Shown here: positions 53,089 through 64,000 of the stretch, piece by piece | Layout: each line of letters starts with the position of its first letter | Numbering within the stretch: the stretch's first letter is position 1 | Assembly: GCA_964016885.1 (NCBI GenBank) | Contig: OZ024741.1 | Coordinates: forward strand, 241,242,001-241,306,000 | Length of the DNA: 64,000 nucleotides | Reading direction: 5' to 3' | Origin: Eledone cirrhosa | Taxonomy: Eukaryota | The notes under the pieces: generated by a model | The model's input: the letters and a program-made list of their open reading frames with translations, nothing else | The model's database searches: none | Told to the model about the DNA's origin: nothing | Made by a program: the position numbers and the translations under genes

Positions 53089-53138
53089 GAACTGTAGACA
53101 CTAATGTTTCTGGGTATCACCCTTCATCAGTACAGCTC
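53089..53138 (-). ncRNA. Type I minimal hammerhead ribozyme
   Basis: GAGCTGTA-CTGATGA-AGGG-TGATA-CCCA-GAAAC-ATTAGT-GTC-TACAGTTC; 8-bp stem I; A.A mismatch at the base of stem II. Confidence 0.7.
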
Positions 53139-53633
53139 ACTGTTCACCTGCCAAACTGTCAGAGCTAGTGAAAATATATGCTATTTTCAAAGATATACAG
53201 TGACTGTTCGGCCAGATTTGCATATCAGCAGACTGGCCAGTCAGTTTCCTGTATACGAGCAATAAATGGCCGGCTTTGCCAAATTCAAATAAAAAAGAAA
53301 ACAATGAGTTATTTGGTTTGTTGATTATTCAACAAAGTTAATTTTACAACAGATTAGAAGCACTCAACTGGAATTTATCTGGAGTATCATTAATATCAAT
53401 AATATTAATAAATGGAAAAGCGTACTTAAATATTAGTACCTTTGAAATATGTATAATAAAATTAATATGGTTTTATAAAGATATTTTCCATTTATTAATA
53501 TTATTGATATTAAGCCGTAAGCAACCAATCACATTCTTTCTAACTTGACCACTGCCACATTGCGATTCTTAGCCATTTTTTAATCTAATTTTGGCGCGAT
53601 CACGTTGGAAAACTAAATGTCTAATTTTGAGTT

Positions 53634-53713
53634 TGTCTCCTGATGAATCCTAACTCTGGACATTTCCTGTTAATTGGATGTCTAAAAATACGGATGAAAC
53701 CATGGTAGAGATA
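53634..53713 (+). ncRNA. Type I hammerhead ribozyme with an intact core and extended stem II
   Basis: TGTCTC-CTGATGA-ATCC...GGACATT...GATGTCT...GGAT-GAAAC-CATG-GTA-GAGATA; palindromic ACCATGGT. Confidence 0.8.
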
Positions 53714-54191
53714 TAATTACGGTATGTACACATTTCTTCTAAGTTCGAATTTACACCTAATTGTGTATGGTTGATGGTATATTTAGTCAGTTTCTAGATG
53801 CTGTCGAAATGTTGGATAAATACTCTATTGGGGCCACCGCGAAGAGGCCACTTTCGGTTATTTGTCGGAGATTTCTTCATAAGAGCCTTTATTCTTATAG
53901 CTTGGTCTAATTGATTTTTTATATGGTTAATTATGCTAATTGGGAGAGGAAATGGTATATATTTTATCTAATAATTCTAAGGACATGATTTATGATATAT
54001 ATATATATATATATATATTAATTCAAAATATTAACAAAAATAGAACTTCTTGTGATCAAGTATATTTTATATTTTATTTTTGTTAATATTTTGAATTAAT
54101 ATTAATAACTCCGGAAAACCATTTTGTTGAGTGCTTCCAATCTATTGTAAAACTAATTCTTTGATTTATTCATTGAACCTTGTTTAACCTT

Positions 54192-54242
<51 letters not shown>

Positions 54243-54369
54243 GAGAGAAGATAGTGGTGGTGGTGGTGGTGGGAGGTGTCAGTCTATAATGTGTAATTAA
54301 TAGAAATACTTAAGGAAAAATGGAAAAAATATCTCAGTAATATGGTGATTGTAATTTACCTGTCTGTGG

Positions 54370-56860
54370 AAATGGTGTAGTGGTGGTGGTGGAGTTGTGG
54401 TGGTGGAGTTGTGGTGGTAGTGGTGGAGTTGTTGTGGTGGTGGTGGACTTGTTGTAGTGGTAGTGATGGAGTTGTGGTGGTGGTAGTGGTGGTGGTGGAG
54501 TTATTGTGGTGGTAGTGGCGAAGTTGGTGTGGTGGTAGTGGTGGAGTTGTTGTGGTGGTAGTGGTGGAGTTATTGTGGTGGTGGTGGACTTGTTGTAGTG
54601 GTAGTGATGGAGTTGTAGTGGTGGAGTTGTGGTGGTGGCAGTGGTGGTGGTGGAGTTGTGGTGGTGGTGGAGTTATTGTGGTGGTAGTGGCGAAGTTGGT
54701 GTGATGGTAGTGGTTGAGTTGTTGTGGTGGTGGTGCTGGAGTGTTGTTATGGTGATGGTGGTAGTGGTGGAGGTGTTTTGGTGGTGGTGTAGTAGTGGTG
54801 GTGTAGTAGTGGTGGTGTTGTGGTGGTTGTGTAGTGGTAGGGGGTGAATTGGTGGTAGTGTGGTGGTGTTGTATTGGTGGTAGTATAGTGGTGGTTGTGT
54901 AGTGGATGTAGTGGTGGAGTTGTATTGGTGGCAGTATAGTGGTGGTGATATATTGGTGGTAGTGTAGTGGTATTGGTGTGGTGGTAGGGGGTGGGGTGTT
55001 GTAATGGAGGTAGTGTGGTGGTGGTGGCGGTGTATTGGTAGCAGTTTAATGGTGGTGATGTATTGGTGGTAGTGTAGTGGTGGTGTTGTTGTATTGGTAG
55101 TAGTGTAGTAGTGAGTGGTGATGTTGTATTGATGGTTGTGTTGGTGGTGGTGTCATTGTATTGGTGGTAGTGTAGTGGTGTTGATGTTGTACTGGTGGTT
55201 GTGTTGGTGGTTGTGTATTGGTGGTAGTGTAGTGGTGGTGGTGGCGTATTGATGATGGTGGTGTAGTGATGATGGTAGCAGTGGTGTTGTAACAGAGGTG
55301 GTGGCCTAATGGTAGTTGTGTAGCATTTGTGGTGTAGTGGAGACGTAGGAGTGGTGTAGCAATGTTACAGTGGAGGTGGCAGTAGTGATTCTATTTTGGT
55401 GGAGTGGTGGAAGAGTAAGAAAGACATTGCTGTTATAAAGTAAAAGAAAGACAATAAGAGAGGAAGATAGATAGAGAGAGAGAGAGAGATAGATAGAGAG
55501 AGAGAGTGAGAGTGTGTGTATATATGTGGTGTGTATTTGTGTGTGTGTTTATGTGAGTAAACGTGTGTGTGTGTGTGATGAGAAGAAAGTAGAAGGTGAG
55601 GAGAAGGTAGGATGTTGAACTGTAAATTGGATAATTGAGGTGGGTATTAGAGTAGATTGGATAATTGTAGTAGTAGGTGGGTGAAGGGGGTGTAGTGGTG
55701 GTGGTGTGGTGTGTAGTGGTGGTGGTGGTGATGGTGGTGTGGTAGTGGTGGTGGTGGTGGTGTGGTGTGTAGTGGTGGTGGTGTAGTGGCGGTGTGGTTG
55801 TGGTGGTGGTGTAGTGGCAGTGTGGTGATGGTGGTGTGGTAGTGGTGGTGGTGGTGGTGTGGTGTGTAGTGGTGGTGGTGTAGTGGCGGTGTGGTTGTGG
55901 TGGTGGTGTAGTGGCGTTGTGATTGTGGTGGTGGTGTAGTGGTGGTCTGGTTGTAGTGGCGGTGTGGTTGTGGTGGTGGTGTAGTGGTGGTGAGGTTGTG
56001 GTGGTGGTGTGGTGGTGTGTAGTGGTAGTGTGTAGTGGTGGTGTGAAGAGAAGAGAGAGAGAGAGAGAGTAAGGATGGCGGGGAGAGAAAAGAGTGAGTG
56101 ACAGAGAATGGGAGAAAGAGAGAGAGAGTGTGTGAGTGAGAGAGATACAGAGAGAGAGAGAGAGTGTGTGAGTGAGAGAGATACAGAGAGAGAGAGTGTG
56201 TGAGTGAGAGAGAGAGAGAGAGGGGAAATATGGGGGTAAATGCATAAACAACAAAAAAGTTAGAATAATCCAGGGAATTTGAAAAAAATCTGATTTAACA
56301 ATGTGAAGATTGTTAAAAGTAATTAGATAATTGGGTGGTGGTGGGGGGTGGGGGTGGGGGTAGTGGTGGTGGTGGTGGTGTGGGTAGTGGTGGTGATGGT
56401 GATGTGGAGGAGGGGGTAGTGGAGGTAGGGGAGGTGGTGTGTGTGTGTGTAGCAGTGGTAGTGATGTAGGTGGTGTGTGTGTGTGTGTGGTAGTGGTGTA
56501 GGTGGTATTGTGTGTGTGTGTGGTAGTGGTAGTGATGGTGGTGTAGTTGGTGTGTTTGTGTGGTAGTGGTGGTGATGGTGGTGTAGGTGGTGTGTGTGTG
56601 TGTGTGGTAGTGGTGTTAGTGATGGTGGTGTAGGTGGTGTGTGTGTATAGTAGTGGTGTTAGTGATGGTGGTGTGTCTGAGTGTGGTAGTGGTGGTGATG
56701 GTGGTGTAGGTGGTATTGTGTGTGTGTGTGTGTGTGGTAGTGGTGTTAGTGATGGTGGTGTGTCTGAGTGTGGTAGTGGTGGTGATGGTGGAGGTGGTGG
56801 TGTGTGTGTGGTAGTGGTGTTAGAGATGGTGGTGTAGGTGGTGTAGGTGGTGTGTGTGTG
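54370..56860. repeat. Long GT-rich cryptic simple-repeat region ((GGT)n, (GT)n, (GA)n)
   Basis: Direct observation. Confidence 0.85.
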
Positions 56861-56947
56861 ATAGAGGTTAGTCTCTACTTCTTTGCATTCACCTTAATGG
56901 TTCTTTGACAGTTCCTTTTGATGTGAGTTGTAGCAGGGTTTCTTCAT

Positions 56948-56986
56948 TACACACACACACACACGCATATACATATGTATATATAT

Positions 56987-57021
<35 letters not shown>

Positions 57022-57122
57022 CATACACACACACGCATATACATATGTATATATACATACACACACACACACACATATATATATATACATACACACACAC
57101 GCATATACATATGTATATACAT

Positions 57123-57157
<35 letters not shown>

Positions 57158-57192
57158 CATACACACACACGCATATACATATGTATATACAT

Positions 57193-57243
<51 letters not shown>

Positions 57244-57274
57244 CACACACATGCATATACATATGTATATACAT

Positions 57275-57317
<43 letters not shown>

Positions 57318-57382
57318 CATACACACACACGCATATACATATGTATATATATACACACATGCATACATACACATACACACAG
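56948..57382. repeat. Compound CA/TA microsatellite with a ~60-bp higher-order unit
   Basis: Anchor GCATATACATATGTATA repeats about 6 times. Confidence 0.85.
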
Positions 57383-57643
57383 ACATGTAAATGACAAAAT
57401 GGGAAAAAATTAAATGGATCCTGTGTAGGATTCAATGATGAGTGTGGCAATCCTTTTCTCAATGTATCTATCTTCTCATATTAATGTATCAGTGACTGAA
57501 CACACACACACGCCCCCCCCCCCCACACACACACAGATATATAAAGCCAATGTGAAGTGCTCAACCCTGCATCCAGTTTATAGATTGAGATAGTGCAAAT
57601 AAACACTTATATAAAGACAACTATATATATATATATGTATGTG

Positions 57644-57678
<35 letters not shown>

Positions 57679-57680
57679 AT

Positions 57681-58033
57681 GGAGGCACATGGCTTAGTGG
57701 TTAGAGCATTGGCCTTGCAATCGAAAGGTTGTGAGTTCAATTCTCAGACCGGGTGATGTGTTGTTTCCTTGAGCAAGACACTTTATTTCACATTGCTCCA
57801 GTTTACTCAGCTGTAGAAATGAGATGATAGGGACTGGGGTCCATATCATTCCACTGCAAAGTGGACGTGGAGGTGCCACAGCAAAAAAGCACCCAGCCCA
57901 CACTGTAAATGAGGTTGGTGTTAGGAAGGGCATCCAGCTGTAGAAATCAAGCCAGAATCAGTTCCCGTCCCACCCTTGCAAGCAGGGAAAAAGCGGACGT
58001 AAAATGAAATGATGATGATGATGATGATGATGA
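57681..58033 (+). mobile_element. SINE family 1, full-length: tRNA-like head, CCTTGAGCAAG core and RTE-like 3' tail
   Basis: A-box TGGCTTAGTGG, B-box GAGTTCAATTC; tail shared with the RTE 3' UTR; (GAT)n end; TA-flanked. Confidence 0.9.
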
Positions 58034-58440
58034 TATATGTATGTAAAAGGTAAACAGAAATAACAACACAATTGGTACAGTGTATGGAAGGTATATATTA
58101 GGTTAACATATATATATATATGTGTGTGTGTGTGTATGTGTATATATATACCATCATCATCATTACCGTTTTATGTCCATTCTTCCATGCTCGCATGGTT
58201 TAGATGTCCTGTTGTGGGAAGTGTCTGGTCAGCTGACCTTGTCTTGCTCATACGGGAACTGATTCTGGCTTGATTTCTAACACCACCCTCATTTACAGTG
58301 AGTGCTGGGTGCTTTCATCATCATCAACATCATCATTTTACATCCACTTTTACCTGCTTATATATATATAAGTTTATCCCGAGTTCAATTGGGGGTAACC
58401 ACAGTAAGTAAGGTACTCAATACAAAGCAAAGTATAAATA

Positions 58441-58532
58441 TTTAATATAGAAAAGGTTTCTACAGGACTAGAACTGATGATTTCTCCTGAATGAAACAGT
58501 TCTAGTCCTGTAGAAGCCTCTTCTATATTAAA
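58441..58532. repeat. Fold-back hairpin with a hammerhead core (same family as 25019-25145)
   Basis: CTGATGA at 58474; GAAAC...GTC; inverted arms. Confidence 0.7.
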
Positions 58533-58646
58533 TATATATATATATATATATAACGAAGGAAATGTGGTAAGGAACCAGGTGGACCATAACGCACCAACTT
58601 AGGGTAGTAGAGTGGGTAATAGGAACAAGTATATATAGTATAACAA

Positions 58647-58691
<45 letters not shown>

Positions 58692-58742
58692 CCAGAATCA
58701 GTTCCCATCCCACCCTTGCAAGCAGGGAAAAGCGGACGTAAA

Positions 58743-58777
<35 letters not shown>

Positions 58778-59215
58778 ATATATATATAAAGAATGAATAA
58801 TAATAACAGGTAAACATCAACTTTATCTAGTGTAGTAATTAACCATTACTGCATTCAGGATAATCCTAAGCATTTCTTGCATAACCTAATATATATATAT
58901 ATATATATATATTGAAAGGATAACAAACATTGAGTGCTCACCCGAGTGAACCTGCAGTAACTCCAAGTTACACTCCCTAGATATATATATATATATATAT
59001 ATATATTCATTTGAATTTGGTGGTTAACCACTGGATTCAACTAGTCATTCCATATAGCCAACCATGATGTAATATTAGAAAAAGCACTCGACGTTATGCA
59101 ACTCATCCATCTGTGATGTTGAATGTTGTTGGTGGTGCGAGAACGGAATTAATTATTATGGAGTACAATGACAGGAGGCCGGACTGGTGAAATTCCTTCA
59201 AAGATTTATTTCAGC

Positions 59216-59277
59216 AAACACTATGTACATTTCAGTGGCAAGATTATGTAAGATCCTGGGGACATCATCAGGTGTTT
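59216..59277 (-). ncRNA. Type I hammerhead motif
   Basis: AAACAC-CTGATGA-TGTCCCCAGGAT...ATCTTGCCACT-GAAAT-GTAC-ATA-GTGTTT; perfect 6-bp stem I, imperfect stem II. Confidence 0.6.
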
Positions 59278-59430
59278 ACTGCATAATAGTTATATAATAA
59301 AGAAATAATGGTAAACACAATCCAAGAGGCTATAGGAGAGAAAGCAGATTTTAAAAAAAACATGAGAAAAGGTTTTGGACTCGAAAGCAATCAAGAGGGC
59401 CAGTTGTTGTTAGTTTGGCTATAATTTCCC

Positions 59431-59510
<80 letters not shown>

Positions 59511-59513
<3 letters not shown>

Positions 59514-60392
59514 CAGAGAGCTTATACCACTATTAGCCGCTAAAGGGTTCTCCCTAAAAATGAAAGGCAGGTTGTATGATGCCTGCATACGAACAGCAAT
59601 GTTGCATAGCAGTGAGACCTGGGCATTGTGTGCAGCGGATATACGCAGACTAGAGAGGAACGAAGCTTGCATGCTCCGCTGGATGTGTAATAGTAATATA
59701 CGTGAACGGCAAAGCATAAACGAACTAAGGGAAAAATTAGAAATCAGAGGGATCAGATGTTGTTTACTCGAGAGAAGGCTACGTTGGTATGGTCACGTGA
59801 TGCGCATGAAAGACGACAGCTGTATAAAAAAGTGCAGGGCAATAAAGATAGACGGAAGCCACGGAGTAGGCAGACCCAGAAAAACCTGGGACGAGCTGAT
59901 AAATTCCGACCTCACACACTTACACCTCTCCAAGACAATGTCACTGGACCGAGATCTTTGGCGGTACGCAGTAATAGAGAAGACCCGCCTTACCTAAATA
60001 CAAAGTAAACCTACTACAGTCAGTAGGCATCTCTAACAAAATACGCCCCCGTCACACCACCCCCACCCCATCCACACCACCCCTTTCAATGTAAAGTTAT
60101 GTTGGTGCCACAACATCCAGGCCAAAACAAATGAGATCGTGTAGGTGTCACGACAAAAAAACACACAGTCCACGCTGTAATGTGGCCGTGTAGGTAACAC
60201 GGTAAAAACCTCCCAGTCCCACACTGTAAATGTGGTTGGTGTTAGGAAGGGCATCCAGCTGTAGAAAACCCGCCAGACAGTCCTATGCGAGCAGGACAAC
60301 CACTCTTGCCTCAAGTGGGAAAACTCCCGTCCAAACCCATGCAAGCGTGGAACATGGACCTTAAACGATGATGATGATGATGATGATGATGA
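59511..60392 (+). mobile_element. Young 5'-truncated RTE subfamily A copy
   Basis: Uninterrupted ORF 59560-59997, nearly identical to 3483-3881; begins at (TA)n and ends in (GAT)n. Confidence 0.92.
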
Positions 60393-60396
60393 TATA

Positions 60397-60715
60397 GGGA
60401 CATGGTTTAGTGGTTAGGGTGCTCATGATTGTAAGATTGTGAATACAATTCCTGGCAGTGTGTTGTGCCCTTGAGCAAGACTCTTTATTTCATGTTGCTC
60501 TAGTCCACTCAACTAGAGCTGTACCTGTAATTCAAAGGGCTAGTCTTGTCACACACTGTGTCATGCTGAATCTCTCTGAGCACTGCCTTAATTGTACATG
60601 CATCCATGGAATGCTCAGCCACTTGCATGTTAATTTCATGAGCTGGCTGTTCTATTATTTGATCAGCTGATGCTCTCATCACTGGATGCAACAGAGGTAC
60701 CAACAACAACAACAT
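60397..60715 (+). mobile_element. Older tRNA-headed SINE with a different 3' body and (CAA)n tail
   Basis: CATGGTTTAGTGGTTAGGG head, CCTTGAGCAAGAC core and CAACAACAAC end. Confidence 0.65.
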
Positions 60716-61546
60716 GCCTTACATACTTAGTGTATATTTTGCACCAGTTTTCCATGAAAATATGGCATGACAAACTAGAATGTAACTTCTCTACTGGACA
60801 TAGAAAACTCCAGTTTATATATATTACATTGTAAACACCGGATGCAAAATGGAGATGTAATGTATCTAGTAGTATGACTTATATGCTATTATATATGGTG
60901 AGGGTTCATTAAATATATATAAACTGCTAACATTAAATAAACACAGGTGTATAGTCAAATATTCATCATAAAGAAGATGAGTCTAACCCATGAAAAGTGT
61001 GGAAAATACATTTTAAATGGTAATGATGATAATGACAATGGTGACAGTGGCAGTTAATTTGAAAGTTTCCCAAAAGATGAAAATGCTCACCTTTAGTGAA
61101 TCTTTAAAATAACTATCATCCTTTTAATTATATCTATACTATAAAGCTGACGGCCGTATGTAGGTAACAAACTTTCCGCCAAACGGCTGGACCAAACAGC
61201 ACCAAATTTGCACCATAGATGTAACTTTTTCCAAGTAAAAAAGTGAGGGTAATTTTGTCTACTGAATTTTGTTAAAAGATTAAAGACATTATTTAAATAT
61301 TCACTTCTTTAAAATTTCAAATTTCAACACTTCCGGTTATACGTCATTCCTCACTTTTTCTTATGATGTCGCAGAACACTCCCCTCTTTTTCTTAGTCTG
61401 TATCTCTGGCTGTCTGCATTAGATAATGTTTTTCAAAATATTTATTTCTGTGTTCACAGACGGATTTTTTTAGTTTCAGAAGATCCCGTTAAGGGTGAAA
61501 GCAACGATTCTTTGCTTAAACTTTAATCTGTTATTTTAAATATATA

Positions 61547-62438
61547 CTAGCAGTAGTACCCGCCGTTGGACGGGATAAGGTATTTTGGAACGCGGGCCGC
61601 CAATAGACCTAAAAACTGCATGCCTGGACAATATGTAAAGAAAATAAACCGAATACTCTGATGGCTGGATAATCTTTAAGATTTTCCTCAATGAAGCAGG
61701 AAAAATGCAGGTTTTTACATAATGTGGGCCCTAGGAGGGTCAAGAAAATGAATGTTTTTTATGTGCATAATATGCCTTGAAATTTCGGGAAAATCGGCTA
61801 GACGTAACGCCTCCAAAAAGCCCTAAGAAGCTGAAAAAATGAAGTTGTTCACCTAATGCGGGCCCTAGGCCATAAGAAAGTTGGATTTTCTTTGCTTACG
61901 GTATGAAGAAGAGACTGACTAATACATAGTTACAATTTCAAGGAAATCGGTCTGACCTAACGCCTCAAAAAACCCATAAAAATGTTAAACAATGCAGTTT
62001 TTCACCTAATGCGGGCCCTAGGAGATAAACACTCCCTGAAACATAAGTAATACACATGTAAAGTTTGAAAAAAATCGGTTGGGTACTTCTCGAGTTTTAG
62101 AGATTCAAACTCACACACACCACACACACACACACAGACATCCTCAAGGAAGTGACGTAACGCAGACAGCCAGACATACAGACAGATATTATAAGGATGC
62201 AACGTTATAAGTATGTATCTATCTAAAAAGAGAAAGATTAAGAATTATAGAGCGAGATCGCTAAATCGCCTAATGTGGTCCCTGCGGCATAGAAAATTTG
62301 AAATTGTTTTTGCTCAGAACACTTCCTGAAACATAAGTATTACATGTGTAAAGTTTGAAAAGAGTCGGTTGGGTGGTTCTCTAGTTTTAGGGATTTGAAC
62401 TCACACACACATAACATCCTCAGTTTTATATATAGAGA
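61547..62438 (-). mobile_element. Nested non-autonomous Helitron in the opposite orientation
   Basis: Minus strand starts A|TCTCTATATATAAAA and ends with hairpin CCCGTC-CAAC-GGCGGG then CTAG|T; internal repeats anchored by TAATG(C/T)GG(G/T)CCCT. Confidence 0.8.
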
Positions 62439-62509
62439 TATTCGTGTACAGATATTTTTGCATACACAAAAACAAAAACCTATTTATTTCACGAAAGCAC
62501 AAATGGCTT

Positions 62510-62905
62510 ATCGTCATTGTTACTGTCCGAGGTTAGAGGACCACAGTCTTTCTAAGATCTGAGAACCATCAATGGCCATCAATGTTCCACTTATCGTTTG
62601 ACTTGCCAGACGTGTGGTATGTTACATGATGACAGCCATTGGCACCTCACCCTGAAAGACGCAGCAACTGCTAAAGTCCCTTCTCAGTTGCGAAAACTTT
62701 TTGCTATTATGCTGCACAACTGCGATCTCGCTGACCCTCTTGCACTGTGGAACAACCACCGTGAAAATCTAGCTGAGGACATCCTCCACCGCACACGCAG
62801 ACACAATCCAAACATAACAAACGATGTCGGTTTCAATGAGGTGCTCATTTGTCTTGAAAACAGTGTCCTGGAGATTGGTAGTAGGCCTCTAAGTCACTAC
62901 AAAAA
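62510..62905 (+). pseudogene. Helitron RepHel fragment (region between Rep and the Pif1-like helicase)
   Basis: LLLSEVRGPQSF*DLRTING...CGMLHDDSHW..TL.DAA...PSQLRKLFAIML..C...P.ALW...LAEDI; one in-frame stop. Confidence 0.85.
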
Positions 62906-63241
62906 ATATTGTATATTCTGAGGCTCTAACAATGTAATTTAAATATTTTCTGTTACTTGGAATTTCCATTATGGTTGTACAAATTAATTATTGTTTGTTA
63001 AAAAATGTGTTCTCTGTTCAGCCTTTATTGTTGTAACTATCAATTTTCTTTAACGTACTGGCTGCTGAACTGGGGAATCCTAAAAACTATTCAAACCCAA
63101 CATCAGAGCACGCCCCCCCCCCCCCCCTCCTTGCTGACTTGAGAGGGCGTGCGGTATCTTTGCACTGGAGTGTAGGGGCGATTCCTGAAAAGATAAAATG
63201 CTGATATACTTAGCTGGGCACCAGCCAGACGGGCCAGCTAG

Positions 63242-63280
<39 letters not shown>

Positions 63281-64000
63281 TTCATAATCATCATCATCAT
63301 CATCATTGTTTTTACATCCACTTTTCCATGGGTTGGATGGGATGTTTTGAGACAATGTTTTATAGTCAAATGTTCTTCCTGGCACCAACCCTATATATTA
63401 TATATGGGTATGTTTAGGAAGCAGACAGGGTAATAAATATTGAGGTAACACTGTCTGTATATATGTGTGTAAAAGGTTCTTTAAAACCATATGGTCTCAT
63501 GTTTGTGTAGCACCCACAACAAATGTCTTCTGCTGTAACCTGAAATTGGCTAAACATTTTTGAGAGGAACTTGATTGACTATGCAGAAACCTTTCTATAA
63601 TCTGTGACTTTTATGGACACCAGATGTCTTGCTTTGGTTTGTATCTGGATCAGTTCTGTATGCACCAGGCACACTATACAAGGTGGTTGGTTTTAGACAG
63701 GGCATACAGCTGTAGAAACTAGACCAAAATATAGAAAATATGAGCCAGATATGACCCATTTTGGAAGGTAGTAACAGACTTGAATTGACCTTTTAGATCT
63801 AGCATGAAAAAACCTGTAACAATTGTGGGGGTGGTGATGGTAGTGATAAATGAGTGATTTGAGGGTGATTTAACTGACATTTCTAGCAATCCAAAGAACC
63901 GTGAAATACAGAAAACCTCTTTTCATCTGTGAAGTTCACATTAATTTAAGTATAATTTAATAAGGCTATATTAAAAAAAATTATATTAACTCTCTTGATA

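Larger units (their letters stand above)
61133..63241 (+). mobile_element. Internally deleted Helitron
   Basis: A|TCTATACTATAAA start; GCTGG-GCA-CCAGC hairpin then CTAG|T end; carries a RepHel fragment. Confidence 0.75.

Noticed and set aside
57681-57755. tRNA-like sequence with A and B boxes (also 26787, 37515, 39650)
   Set aside because: No proper acceptor stem and it continues into a SINE body; these are SINE heads, not tRNA genes

Overview
Eukaryotic, AT-rich, extremely repeat-dense animal DNA, probably intronic or intergenic. The SINE, RTE and microsatellite content suggests a cephalopod (octopus-like) genome; this is an inference. No prokaryotic genes, CRISPR, rRNA or intact long CDS were seen, and most ORF-track entries are artefacts of (TA)n, (CA)n, (CAT)n and (GGT)n repeats. 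The window holds: (i) many 5'-truncated RTE-clade LINE copies of several subfamilies, mostly lodged in (TA)n tracts; (ii) two tRNA-headed SINE families, one sharing the RTE 3' tail and one with a Deu/Nin-like core and clear target-site duplications; (iii) a discrete ~610-bp structured element resembling an RTE 5' UTR, in 4 copies; (iv) a Penelope-like element (PLE) relic with a GIY-YIG domain between ~935-bp inverted arms; (v) a Helitron relic with a second Helitron nested in the opposite orientation; (vi) MITEs, a Tx1/L1-like 3' end in a (GATA)n tract and several minisatellites, one born from the RTE 3' UTR; (vii) two phase-compatible candidate terminal exons of a minus-strand host gene. The most striking signal is a dozen or more type I hammerhead ribozyme motifs from several unrelated short families, with canonical and variant cores, many inside fold-back inverted duplications. 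All folds and alignments were done by eye.
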